DNA of 20,000 nt from an uncultured virus (IMG/VR IMGVR_UViG_3300006793_000020) (lineage: Duplodnaviria > Heunggongvirae > Uroviricota > Caudoviricetes), in IMG/VR virus record IMGVR_UViG_3300006793_000020, one strand, 5' to 3'. The translations under genes and the position numbers were made by a program. Every line of letters starts with the position of its first letter. Position 1 is the stretch's first letter. The notes under the pieces were generated by a model that was not told where the DNA came from, did no database searches, and worked only from the letters and a program-made list of their open reading frames with translations. Shown here piece after piece: positions 1-8,382 of the stretch.

Positions 1-380
1 GACCCAACGTGTTGTTACAATATGCGGGTTGGGAACAGCAACATCCTAGTATACTTGGTAATCAGTTTTGGTCTCACGACACAATGTATGCACTGGACGG
101 ACTAGGACTAAAACAATTGTGTACTATGTATGAGGATTGGGTAGCTGATGACCTTGATAAACGTTTTTGTGGAAATAGTAACAGACCAACAGCCCATATG
201 CATCTTAGTGAGTTCTTTTTAACCCAAAATTATAATATACACTTTTCTGATCAACTAGGAAATGTAACACTAAGGATGTGGAAAGAATATCATAATCATG
301 ATGATTTTGATGATCACAGGCTAAGATGGTATAATTATACAATAGAACAACAACAATCAATATTAGGATTTAAAATATGA
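1..380 (+). CDS. Hypothetical protein, probably 5'-truncated; resembles the C-terminus of the 4422..5576 protein
   Basis: Frame is open from the window edge. TGA overlaps the next ATG (ATGA 377-380). ILGNQFWSHDTMYALDGLG..EDWV aligns by eye with ILRGHLNAGDVLNTFDGPG..EDWL. Confidence 0.7.
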   Translation, partial: PNVLLQYAGWEQQHPSILGNQFWSHDTMYALDGLGLKQLCTMYEDWVADDLDKRFCGNSNRPTAHMHLSEFFLTQNYNIHFSDQLGNVTLRMWKEYHNHDDFDDHRLRWYNYTIEQQQSILGFKI

Positions 381-1441
381 TAACACCAAATAGTCACATG
401 AACCCAGTATACGAACTGGAAGAACGTAATAGTGTTAAACAGTACATAGACAGCGGCGGCTGGATTATGGAGCATACTAAAACTAGAGAACTAGAACAAA
501 TGATTTGTGACTATACTGGTGCAAAACATGCTCATATGGTACCAAGTGCTACTATGGGTCTGTTGCTTTGTAGTATGCTCAGCGACATCAAGCCAGGTGA
601 GGTGTTTGACTGCCCAGCCTACACACAAGCCGCTACAGCAAATGGTAGTATACTTATGGGTGCTACTCCAAACTTTATTGATGTTGACCCCGATACATAT
701 ACTTTAGATTTTAATAAAGTTACAAACCGTGTTGTTTATATAGCAAGTATTAATGGCAGAACACCACAAAACTATCAACATCAAATACGAAAACTACGCA
801 ATAGTGGACACTTCGTTATTGAAGATGCCGCTCAAGCATTGAGTAGTTGGCATGGCAATAAACATATTGGAACAATGGGTGATGTTGGTGTGTTTAGTTT
901 TGGTGCACCTAAAATTATTACAACAGGACAGGGCGGGTGTATCATTACAAACAATGCCGAACTTAGTGAGCGTATACACGCTATAAAAAACTTTGGACGT
1001 ACAGTAGGAGTGGGCGAAGTATATAATATAATGGGTATGAACTTTAAGTTTACTGATTTACAATCTAGCTTTGGCGTAGAGCAAATGCGTAAACTACCTG
1101 AAATTGTAGAACGCAAGAAAGAAATTTATAATTTATACCGTCGTGAATTAGATAATGTGGTTGAATTTGTAGAAACTAACTTGTCATGGTGTACACCAAC
1201 ATATCCAGAAATACTAGTAGAAAATCGTGATGAACTTGCTAAACATTTACGTAGTTATCATATAGGATGTAGAGCAGTATACTATAGCTTATGCGAACAG
1301 CCCTTCCACAAACAATGGAAAACAGAAAGTCCAGTAACAGACTATATTGGTGCTCGTGGATTACAATTGCCAGGGCAAGCAGATTTGTTGGATTATGATA
1401 TTAAAGAAATTTGTCAAGTTATACGAGACTTTTATGAATAA
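377..1441 (+). CDS. DegT/DnrJ/EryC1/StrS family PLP-dependent sugar aminotransferase
   Basis: Motifs SATMGL, IEDAAQA, FSFGAPKIITTGQGG (PLP lysine present), GMNFKFTD, GLQLP; 354 aa. Confidence 0.95.
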   Translation: MITPNSHMNPVYELEERNSVKQYIDSGGWIMEHTKTRELEQMICDYTGAKHAHMVPSATMGLLLCSMLSDIKPGEVFDCPAYTQAATANGSILMGATPNFIDVDPDTYTLDFNKVTNRVVYIASINGRTPQNYQHQIRKLRNSGHFVIEDAAQALSSWHGNKHIGTMGDVGVFSFGAPKIITTGQGGCIITNNAELSERIHAIKNFGRTVGVGEVYNIMGMNFKFTDLQSSFGVEQMRKLPEIVERKKEIYNLYRRELDNVVEFVETNLSWCTPTYPEILVENRDELAKHLRSYHIGCRAVYYSLCEQPFHKQWKTESPVTDYIGARGLQLPGQADLLDYDIKEICQVIRDFYE

Positions 1442-2322
1442 ACTTTAATTAAGTTTTGTATTCCTTGATCCAAACTTTCAGTAGCAGTATATCCCAGTTC
1501 ACGTATCTTGGTATAGTCAACAAAGTAGTTGCGTCCGTCTTGGTCGTGTGCTAGTGTAGTATTGTTTTCATATGTCCAGTCTGGTAAGTGACGTTTAATT
1601 GTTTCGCATATTTCTAACTTAGTGTGATTTAATGTTTCATCACCTACATTCCAAATTTCGCCCTTCATATCGTCAAAGCGTTCGATGCTCCAAGCAAAGC
1701 TGCGCACCAGGTCATTAATACTAATAAATGTTCGTTTAAAATGGCCTTCAAACAGTGTCATGTGTTCGCCCTGACACGCCTTGTTTACAAAGTCATTAAT
1801 TAATAAGTCGTTACGCAATCGGTTACTAACACCAAATGCGGTTGCTGGACGTAGTATAACAGCATCAGTACCATCTAAATATTCCTCACCTACAAGTTTG
1901 TAAACGCTATATGTGCTAATAGGATTGGGCTCTACTAGCTCGGTACACACACTATCTAGTGCTCCGTACACACTACCAGTACTTGCATACACGAACGGTT
2001 TATTTGCACTTGCATCAATAACCCTTTTGGTACCATCTACATTAATACGATATGCTTCACTGGGATCTGCGTTACATGCTGGAAAGCCGATAATACCTGC
2101 CAAGTGTACAACGGCATCTGCACCAGCCAGCACAGGCTCTACTTGTGGAGTACAAATGTCCAGCTTGTGTAAATGGAAATTAGGGTGGTCTATAATGTTT
2201 AGTACAGGCTCAATACCCCATTTTAACCAGTCAATACAATCAACTGTGTGTCCTTGGCGTAAAAAATATTCACTCAGTCTACATCCTATGTATCCTGCTC
2301 CGCCTGTTATTGCTATTCTCAT
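1432..2322 (-). CDS. NAD-dependent epimerase/dehydratase (extended SDR)
   Basis: ITGGAGYIG Rossmann motif, VVHLAG, ASTGSVYG, catalytic YSVYK (YxxxK). Confidence 0.95.
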   Translation of the reverse strand: MRIAITGGAGYIGCRLSEYFLRQGHTVDCIDWLKWGIEPVLNIIDHPNFHLHKLDICTPQVEPVLAGADAVVHLAGIIGFPACNADPSEAYRINVDGTKRVIDASANKPFVYASTGSVYGALDSVCTELVEPNPISTYSVYKLVGEEYLDGTDAVILRPATAFGVSNRLRNDLLINDFVNKACQGEHMTLFEGHFKRTFISINDLVRSFAWSIERFDDMKGEIWNVGDETLNHTKLEICETIKRHLPDWTYENNTTLAHDQDGRNYFVDYTKIRELGYTATESLDQGIQNLIKVYS

Positions 2323-3110
2323 TTATATATCTCCATAAATTTTTCTGCAAATATGTTGTTGTGGTATCCGTCAACATGCATTCTATCTCTCGCACGGTTT
2401 AAGTGCTCAGTATCATATACTGTTTTATTACGTAAATCATTATCTAGATCAACCCATAATAGTCTACTGTGGCTTGCACTGCATATTCTTTGTATACAAT
2501 ATTTCATCATTGTGATCTTGGCTTCATGATATCTATGATTATCATCAAGCCATTCGTACCAATGATCTAGTTTATCTACAGCATTATCTCCAAGTGCCTC
2601 TAAAATTTCTGGGTTTTTTGCATTGCCAGGAAACAGTGTTACAATCCTATTATTATTATTCATTATTATTGATCTCTCACTATGCGGTGCTAATATAGCT
2701 ACTACTTTTGGCTGATGTCGCATGATAACACTACTAGCTATCATTAATACATTTTCCATACTGGCACCACACATACCCAAGTTAGCATAACGATCTGTAT
2801 TCATATTTAATTTTTTAGTAAGTTGATATCCCCAAGTATGTTCTAGTGGAATACCCACACCAAATGTATGGCTACAGCCCAGTGTCATTATATCAATATA
2901 TTGGTAATCTGCACGAGCTCTAAACCCATAATTAAGATCATACGTTACATTGTCGGCTGTATAATCAGTTGTAACATTTTTAACTAATTGGAAATGGTCT
3001 CCTGTTTGATAAAAACTATCATGCTCTAATTTACTGTAAAACTTATCATTATAACATTTTAAAGCAATGTCAAATGGCCATAAATTATGATCTGGTAATA
3101 GGTTCATCAC
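2319..3110 (-). CDS. SGNH/GDSL-like hydrolase or acyltransferase-like protein
   Basis: LGCSHTFG (block I-like), NLGMCGAS (block II-like), C-terminal ARDRMH (DxxH). Start is GTG 3110 or ATG 3107. Confidence 0.65.
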   Translation of the reverse strand: MMNLLPDHNLWPFDIALKCYNDKFYSKLEHDSFYQTGDHFQLVKNVTTDYTADNVTYDLNYGFRARADYQYIDIMTLGCSHTFGVGIPLEHTWGYQLTKKLNMNTDRYANLGMCGASMENVLMIASSVIMRHQPKVVAILAPHSERSIIMNNNNRIVTLFPGNAKNPEILEALGDNAVDKLDHWYEWLDDNHRYHEAKITMMKYCIQRICSASHSRLLWVDLDNDLRNKTVYDTEHLNRARDRMHVDGYHNNIFAEKFMEIYK

Positions 3111-3456
3111 AGTCGTTCCACCGTTTGGTAATCATTGCAATCATTTTACAGTCAGCAGTGGGGTAAAATGTATGCGGTACTAACATAGGCAAGTATATAC
3201 AATCTCCTGCACTTACTGGAGTTACTATCTCTTGACCATCTGTTAGTTCAGTGTACACACCTTCACCCTCAACAAACATAATATATTCGTCGAACTCTTT
3301 GTGATAGTGATGTCCACGCACAGCACCTTTGAGTGTTACAATATAATTCCACTCCACTATGTTGTACTGTTCAGGGTAAAATGTTTGTATAATGCCCCTG
3401 CCATCTTTGAACGTGATTGGGTTAATTTCCGGATCTAGCTTCTTTATTTGTTTCAT
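3085..3456 (-). CDS. Cupin-domain protein, NDP-sugar isomerase/epimerase-like (FdtA/RmlC-like)
   Basis: FKDGRG, AVRGHHYHK..EY and PHTF cupin motifs; sugar-gene context. Confidence 0.8.
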   Translation of the reverse strand: MKQIKKLDPEINPITFKDGRGIIQTFYPEQYNIVEWNYIVTLKGAVRGHHYHKEFDEYIMFVEGEGVYTELTDGQEIVTPVSAGDCIYLPMLVPHTFYPTADCKMIAMITKRWNDCDEPITRS

Positions 3457-3466
3457 AAATACTATT
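3454..3466 (+). promoter_or_regulatory. Putative late promoter CATAAATActatt for the 3491 operon
   Basis: ATAAATA at 3455-3461, back-to-back with the minus-strand box (ATAAATA-C-TATTTAT). AGGT SD-like sequence precedes ATG 3491. Confidence 0.55.
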
Positions 3467-3470
3467 TATA
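3463..3470 (-). promoter_or_regulatory. T4-type late promoter TATAAATA, 6 nt upstream of the cupin ATG
   Basis: Plus strand reads tatttata, an exact TATAAATA on the minus strand, at a divergent junction. Confidence 0.75.
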
Positions 3471-3490
3471 TTATGTAGGTACTTAATTAT

Positions 3491-4432
3491 ATGAAACTTT
3501 ACCGCACAGTAAATGACATCGAGACAGCAATACTCGATGGACTAGGCGACCATCTAGAACAAATACAATTTAATAATAGCCAAGCTGATAGCCATCCATA
3601 TGGTACTCGGGGTAAAGAGCCTGTGGCTAATGAAATAATTGTACCAAATGAATATTTTGATCGAGCACGTAATGGTGAAGATATGACTAATTATCATGCT
3701 AATACATTATGGCAATATTATACTGACAGTATGATAGGCATTATTAATAATGAGCAATTCGAGTTCTATAATCATATTAGTTATGTTAACGACTTAAAAA
3801 GTTATGACCAATTTGAAAGCATTTGGTGTACTAGACCCCAATCTCAGTTTTATGGAATAGGTATGTTATATGACCCAGTTGGATATTTTTTAAGACATTT
3901 AAAATATGATCGTGGTGACTTGCGTATTAATATTACAGGACATTATCGTGGTACATTTATGGTAGGTCGAGAGTACTTGTTGGACTTGTTAAAAAATTGC
4001 ACAGAGTGGTGGATGGAGTCACAAACACAACGCTTCAAACGTTGGCAACCAGATGCACTATGGCACGAAGACCTACAACATCAAGTAACACAACAGGAAA
4101 TTACAGAGATGCTTCCTGAAATAGAGTGGCCATATGGGATCAAGTGCATACTTAACAGTATTAGAAAAGTTGGTGTGATTACAGATCATAATTTAGAACG
4201 TCACCACCTATGGGGAAAACTGCGCCGTCGTGATAAGTTTAATGTTTGGCTAGAAAGGCATGTTAACTTAGAAGAAAGCAGTTGGTATTTTTTACAAGAT
4301 CCTGAAGTGTGGGAGGCATTTACACAACGATATAGTGAAGATTTTGCACTAGGCGGATTTAGTACTGAACCACGTACTGGTGATTGGATAGACTATTGGA
4401 AAAAAAGAGTAGGCAGTGATTATGGTCAGTAA
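3491..4432 (+). CDS. Hypothetical protein with weak sulfotransferase-like motifs
   Basis: 313-aa ORF overlapping the next gene. LYDPVGYF and YSEDFALGGF loosely resemble Sulfotransfer_2 motifs. Confidence 0.75.
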   Translation: MKLYRTVNDIETAILDGLGDHLEQIQFNNSQADSHPYGTRGKEPVANEIIVPNEYFDRARNGEDMTNYHANTLWQYYTDSMIGIINNEQFEFYNHISYVNDLKSYDQFESIWCTRPQSQFYGIGMLYDPVGYFLRHLKYDRGDLRINITGHYRGTFMVGREYLLDLLKNCTEWWMESQTQRFKRWQPDALWHEDLQHQVTQQEITEMLPEIEWPYGIKCILNSIRKVGVITDHNLERHHLWGKLRRRDKFNVWLERHVNLEESSWYFLQDPEVWEAFTQRYSEDFALGGFSTEPRTGDWIDYWKKRVGSDYGQ

Positions 4433-5576
4433 ACTAGATTTTGAATCGGAATTAGAATATTCTATTGATAGAGTGCGTGAAGTAACTGATCGTATTGTAG
4501 TAGTGCTTGTTGGGCAACCACGTGGTACTACATTAAAGACTTGGAAACGTTATTTAAGTGATGTAATGAAATCCACCATTTATCCATACCCTGAAGATGA
4601 TCACTGTAACGATCCTAATGCAAAACTAACTGGGGAAAATTGGGCAAAGGGTTGTCCTGTTAAACACAAACCTATAATTGATATAGTGTGTGTTGTTAGC
4701 GAATACGACACACCTGATCGTTATATGCAAGGCGAAGATCCACGTTTAGCTGGATTAGATGTGGATCCCTACTATGATCCACTGGCTATTATTAATAAAC
4801 ACAGTGCCAATGATTATGTAATGGATCTTTACAATTCCAAAAAGTTTCCAATTAATAAAGACAAATGGGAAAAATATCAGCGAGAAGTATGGGATTGGGC
4901 AGACAGCGTTAACTTTGTATACTGGACTGATGACAAAATATTAAATCGCATGGAAGAAAAGTTTGATTATCGTCCTTGGCATACCCGATGGATCAATCAA
5001 TTTTTACATTTTAGTTCAGCAGTACAAGAATTACCAGAAATATTTGACAATCTTACTAAAAATAGTGTAGTAATAAGACAGCGTTATGATACAGCATTAG
5101 CATCAGACTATAGTCTTTGGCATTATGCCAAAGAGTTGTTTAGTGTGTGGTGGACACCACATGGTGATGCTGACCAACACTACACACATCACGCAGGTTT
5201 TGATTTATCACCCATAGTTAGTTTACATGATATGCATATCTTACGTGGACATTTAAATGCAGGAGATGTTTTAAATACTTTTGATGGACCAGGTGCACAA
5301 ATATTTGGTGCTGGGTTAGAAGACTGGCTGTTAGAACAAGATAATCGAGTATACGGCGGAACTATAGATCCTATTGATAAGTGGAGTATACCTGAAATGG
5401 TAGTACCCAAGTTTTGTGTGGATAATGGATATACATTTAATATGGGATCAAAATTGCCGCCAATGTTACTGAGCTTAAACGATCCACCAATTGCTGACCA
5501 ATGGCGTTACCATTGGTATGATGATTGGACACCAGAATTAGTCGAGGAAATGAGAATACAATGCAACTTAGCCTAA
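4422..5576 (+). CDS. Hypothetical protein, possibly glycosyltransferase-like (GQPR...IRxRxD type)
   Basis: N-terminal VVLVGQPRG and central VIRQRYD. ATG 4422 is preferred over GTG 4416. Confidence 0.75.
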   Translation: MVSKLDFESELEYSIDRVREVTDRIVVVLVGQPRGTTLKTWKRYLSDVMKSTIYPYPEDDHCNDPNAKLTGENWAKGCPVKHKPIIDIVCVVSEYDTPDRYMQGEDPRLAGLDVDPYYDPLAIINKHSANDYVMDLYNSKKFPINKDKWEKYQREVWDWADSVNFVYWTDDKILNRMEEKFDYRPWHTRWINQFLHFSSAVQELPEIFDNLTKNSVVIRQRYDTALASDYSLWHYAKELFSVWWTPHGDADQHYTHHAGFDLSPIVSLHDMHILRGHLNAGDVLNTFDGPGAQIFGAGLEDWLLEQDNRVYGGTIDPIDKWSIPEMVVPKFCVDNGYTFNMGSKLPPMLLSLNDPPIADQWRYHWYDDWTPELVEEMRIQCNLA

Positions 5577-6175
5577 GTTATATATGTGCCAGTTGGCCCA
5601 AAATAAAAGAAACATATGAGTGTTTAGAACCACACTACAGTATGAGTCTACACATGGACTTTATGGATGGACAGTTTGTTCCACGCTTGGGATGCCACCC
5701 TGAAGCCATTGATGAAGCCAGAGAACACTTTGCTGGACACATAGACGTACACGCTATGATACAAAGTAACAGCAATGCTTGGGACGATATACTTGCCAGC
5801 AGTGCCAATGTAATCTATGCACACTATGAAAGTTTCCACAGTGACCAACAGTGTGTTGACTTTTTAAGCAGAGATGCTAGACTTAAACTGGCATTCAAAC
5901 CTTATCATACTATTCGACAAATGGACGATATATGCGACAGACTTGATGTAGACAACTTTTTATTAATGGCATATAATCCTGGTATTAAAGTACAGGATGC
6001 GTTCTTTGATCTAGACAGTCTATCACACACAGAGCGTTATGTAACAGTGGATGGCGGTGTAACACCAGCAACACTATCACGTTTTCAGTTACACCCTAAA
6101 ATACGATTGGTAGCAGGAAGTAAAATAATATTTAATGACAAATACAAGGAAAATATGCAGTGGCTAACCTCTTAA
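5561..6175 (+). CDS. rpe: Ribulose-phosphate 3-epimerase family protein (Rpe/AlsE-like)
   Basis: Metal ligands LHMDFMDGQFVP, DVHAM and VTVDGGV; C-terminal LVAGS. ATG 5561 gives a typical length. Confidence 0.88.
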   Translation: MQLSLSYICASWPKIKETYECLEPHYSMSLHMDFMDGQFVPRLGCHPEAIDEAREHFAGHIDVHAMIQSNSNAWDDILASSANVIYAHYESFHSDQQCVDFLSRDARLKLAFKPYHTIRQMDDICDRLDVDNFLLMAYNPGIKVQDAFFDLDSLSHTERYVTVDGGVTPATLSRFQLHPKIRLVAGSKIIFNDKYKENMQWLTS

Positions 6176-7563
6176 TACCATGCAGTGGACCCGGAACTAG
6201 AAGTGTAGGATACACTAAGTTTCACAAAGCACTTATACGTATAGGCAATATGGCAGTTATTGATCGTATTATACAAAGCTATACTGATATAGATACTATC
6301 TATATTACACTGGGTTATGAAGCTAACATTATTCGTGAGTATATTGAACATGCTGGATACACAAATATAGAGTTTATATACATCGACGACTGGATGAGTA
6401 ACCAGATTAGAAGTTTCCAACAGATCCCTGAACACGTATTTAAAGAGCCATTGTACTACAATGCATGTGATAACTGGACAACCAGTGTGCCTGAACCAGT
6501 GGGCAATACTTACTATACATGTAACCCAATAGATAGTCAACACTATGATACCAGTGGTGAAGAAGTTTACGCTGGCATTGCCTATATACAAGACAGTAAA
6601 CAGTTATATGATATACTACAACACAGTGAGTTAACTCGTAACGACTTATTGCTTTATCAAAAGTTTGACCAACTGGATAGTATTCCGCTTGACGACTGGT
6701 ATGATGTTGGCAATCGTAACAGTTACGAAACTTGTAGACAACAGTTTAATGATGACTTTGGTATACTGGATAAAACAAATCAGGAGTTTTATAAAGTAAA
6801 CCAACGTGTAGTTAAATTGTTTGAACACAAGCCGGATATAAACTTCAAGAATATGGCGTTTCCACATCCACAGCCTGTAACCCAAGGGGAACATGGCATA
6901 AGCTACGACTTTGTAGAGGGTCGTGTTAATCCAGACAACGGTGAGTTTACGCATCTGCTATCAACACTTGTGCGGTTATGGGAGTTTAGTTTACACAACA
7001 ATCAACAAACATACGATACTAAACTATGGCAAGACAAAACCTGGGAAAGATTTAATCTTATGATAGAGCAAAACCCAGAGTTTGCTGGTAGTATTATAAT
7101 TAACGGCAAAACAATAGACCCAGTACGTATTATGGAAAATTTACCTTGGCCAATGCTGTGCAGTGGTATACAAGGTCCAGCACATGGTGATTTGGTATTG
7201 GATAATATTGTTGTTGGTGATGATAAAATACATTATATTGATCACAGACCTGGCATAGTAGAGGATGTATATTATGATATGTGTAAGTTTTATCACAGTT
7301 TACATCTACATAATACAAATTTAAAGTCGGCTTGGCACTTGACAACACACCAAGATCAGTATATAATAGAATTAAAACTAACAAAGACAGACTATGAAAG
7401 AAGAGAACAATTTTATAACACTGGTTTGTATAAGTGGAACAAGCGCAAAATAGAACTAAGCGTAGGATGTATTTGGCTTAGTATGGCTCCGCTTAACGTA
7501 GATCAAGAGCTTAATAAATTCTTGTTCTTGTTAGCAATGGAAAAATTAAATGAACAACTTTGA
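6160..7563 (+). CDS. Fused sugar-phosphate nucleotidyltransferase and APH/choline-kinase-like phosphotransferase
   Basis: N-terminal IPCSGPGTR..HKALI, YNACD and WYDVGN. C-terminal HGDLVLDNI, YIDHR and DVYYDMCK. Confidence 0.88.
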   Translation: MANLLIPCSGPGTRSVGYTKFHKALIRIGNMAVIDRIIQSYTDIDTIYITLGYEANIIREYIEHAGYTNIEFIYIDDWMSNQIRSFQQIPEHVFKEPLYYNACDNWTTSVPEPVGNTYYTCNPIDSQHYDTSGEEVYAGIAYIQDSKQLYDILQHSELTRNDLLLYQKFDQLDSIPLDDWYDVGNRNSYETCRQQFNDDFGILDKTNQEFYKVNQRVVKLFEHKPDINFKNMAFPHPQPVTQGEHGISYDFVEGRVNPDNGEFTHLLSTLVRLWEFSLHNNQQTYDTKLWQDKTWERFNLMIEQNPEFAGSIIINGKTIDPVRIMENLPWPMLCSGIQGPAHGDLVLDNIVVGDDKIHYIDHRPGIVEDVYYDMCKFYHSLHLHNTNLKSAWHLTTHQDQYIIELKLTKTDYERREQFYNTGLYKWNKRKIELSVGCIWLSMAPLNVDQELNKFLFLLAMEKLNEQL

Positions 7564-8038
7564 CAAAGTTTGGAGTGATTATACTACACTCTATAATAAA
7601 CAAAAACAAGACACTATTCTAGTTGAACTGCAACGTGCCCGCAATATTGTATTTGTGGCAAAGGGAAGAGTGGGTTTAGCATGTAAGATGTTTATGCAAC
7701 GATTAAGCCAACAAGGGCTACGTGCATACCACAGTGAAGACCTACAAGTACCACGTTTAGATAGCAGAGATTTAGTTGTCTTTGTTACTGCTAGTGGAAA
7801 TACCGCCAGCAGTTTTTCTTACATAGACATCGCCAGTAAAACTGGTGCACGTACTATGAGCATTACTTTTAATCCCCAAGGACGTATTAGTAGTGCAACA
7901 GATGTTTGTATCGATTACAAAGAAAGCGATCTTCCGTTATTGATGAAAAGTTATCATGAATTGGGGTTTATCTATATATTTGAACGATTAATTAGTGACT
8001 TTCCACCGGAGGTATTTGTTCATACGAATTTTGAGTAA
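7550..8038 (+). CDS. SIS-domain sugar isomerase, 6-phospho-3-hexuloisomerase (HxlB)-like
   Basis: KGRVGLACKMFMQRL, VTASGNT, and C-terminal HTNFE (HANLE in HxlB). Confidence 0.8.
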   Translation: MNNFDKVWSDYTTLYNKQKQDTILVELQRARNIVFVAKGRVGLACKMFMQRLSQQGLRAYHSEDLQVPRLDSRDLVVFVTASGNTASSFSYIDIASKTGARTMSITFNPQGRISSATDVCIDYKESDLPLLMKSYHELGFIYIFERLISDFPPEVFVHTNFE

Positions 8039-8345
8039 ACCAAGATTCACTGTTAAAACTTTTATCACAAATATACATATCAAAATGCGGCTTGTTGCCA
8101 ACATGAAGTTCATGATACTTACAGCCCCATTCACTAAGTTGCTCACGTGTTAAATCAGTCCAGTCAATACCACGTGTTGCGCCACGGGCAGTCCAGTAAT
8201 GTATTTGGTGACCTTCAGCATACAGTTTATTGATAGCTGATATACGATCAGGATAAGGTTTTTGCGCAAGATAATGTTCGGCAGTTTTGCCACGGAATGG
8301 AATCTCCTCACAGATTGTTCCGTCAATGTCAACATAAATTATCAT
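7992..8345 (-). CDS. Small capless HAD-superfamily phosphatase (capsule-biosynthesis BcbF/EcbF-like)
   Basis: YVDIDGTIC (motif I), WTARG (motif II), KPHFDMYICDKS (motifs III/IV). Confidence 0.88.
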   Translation of the reverse strand: MIIYVDIDGTICEEIPFRGKTAEHYLAQKPYPDRISAINKLYAEGHQIHYWTARGATRGIDWTDLTREQLSEWGCKYHELHVGNKPHFDMYICDKSFNSESWFTQNSYEQIPPVESH

Positions 8346-8350
8346 ATAAG

Positions 8351-8358
8351 TATTTATA
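8351..8358 (-). promoter_or_regulatory. T4-type late promoter TATAAATA, 5 nt upstream of the HAD gene ATG
   Basis: Exact TATAAATA on the minus strand. An overlapping plus-strand variant TATAAGTA (8345-8352) may drive the carbamoyltransferase. Confidence 0.75.
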
Positions 8359-8382
8359 GTAGTAGTTAATTAAGGAAACAGA

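Noticed and set aside
377..1441. ColD-type 3-dehydratase
   Set aside because: The active-site residue is Lys (APKII), not His, so an aminotransferase is more likely.
5525..5560. ORF-track N-terminal extension of the Rpe-like gene from TTG 5525
   Set aside because: It overlaps the upstream gene by 52 nt, and ATG 5561 gives a family-typical N-terminus.
5561..8038. RuMP formaldehyde-fixation or pentose-phosphate auxiliary genes
   Set aside because: No hexulose-6-phosphate synthase, transketolase or transaldolase is in the window, and the genes flank a nucleotidyltransferase-kinase, favouring NDP-sugar synthesis.
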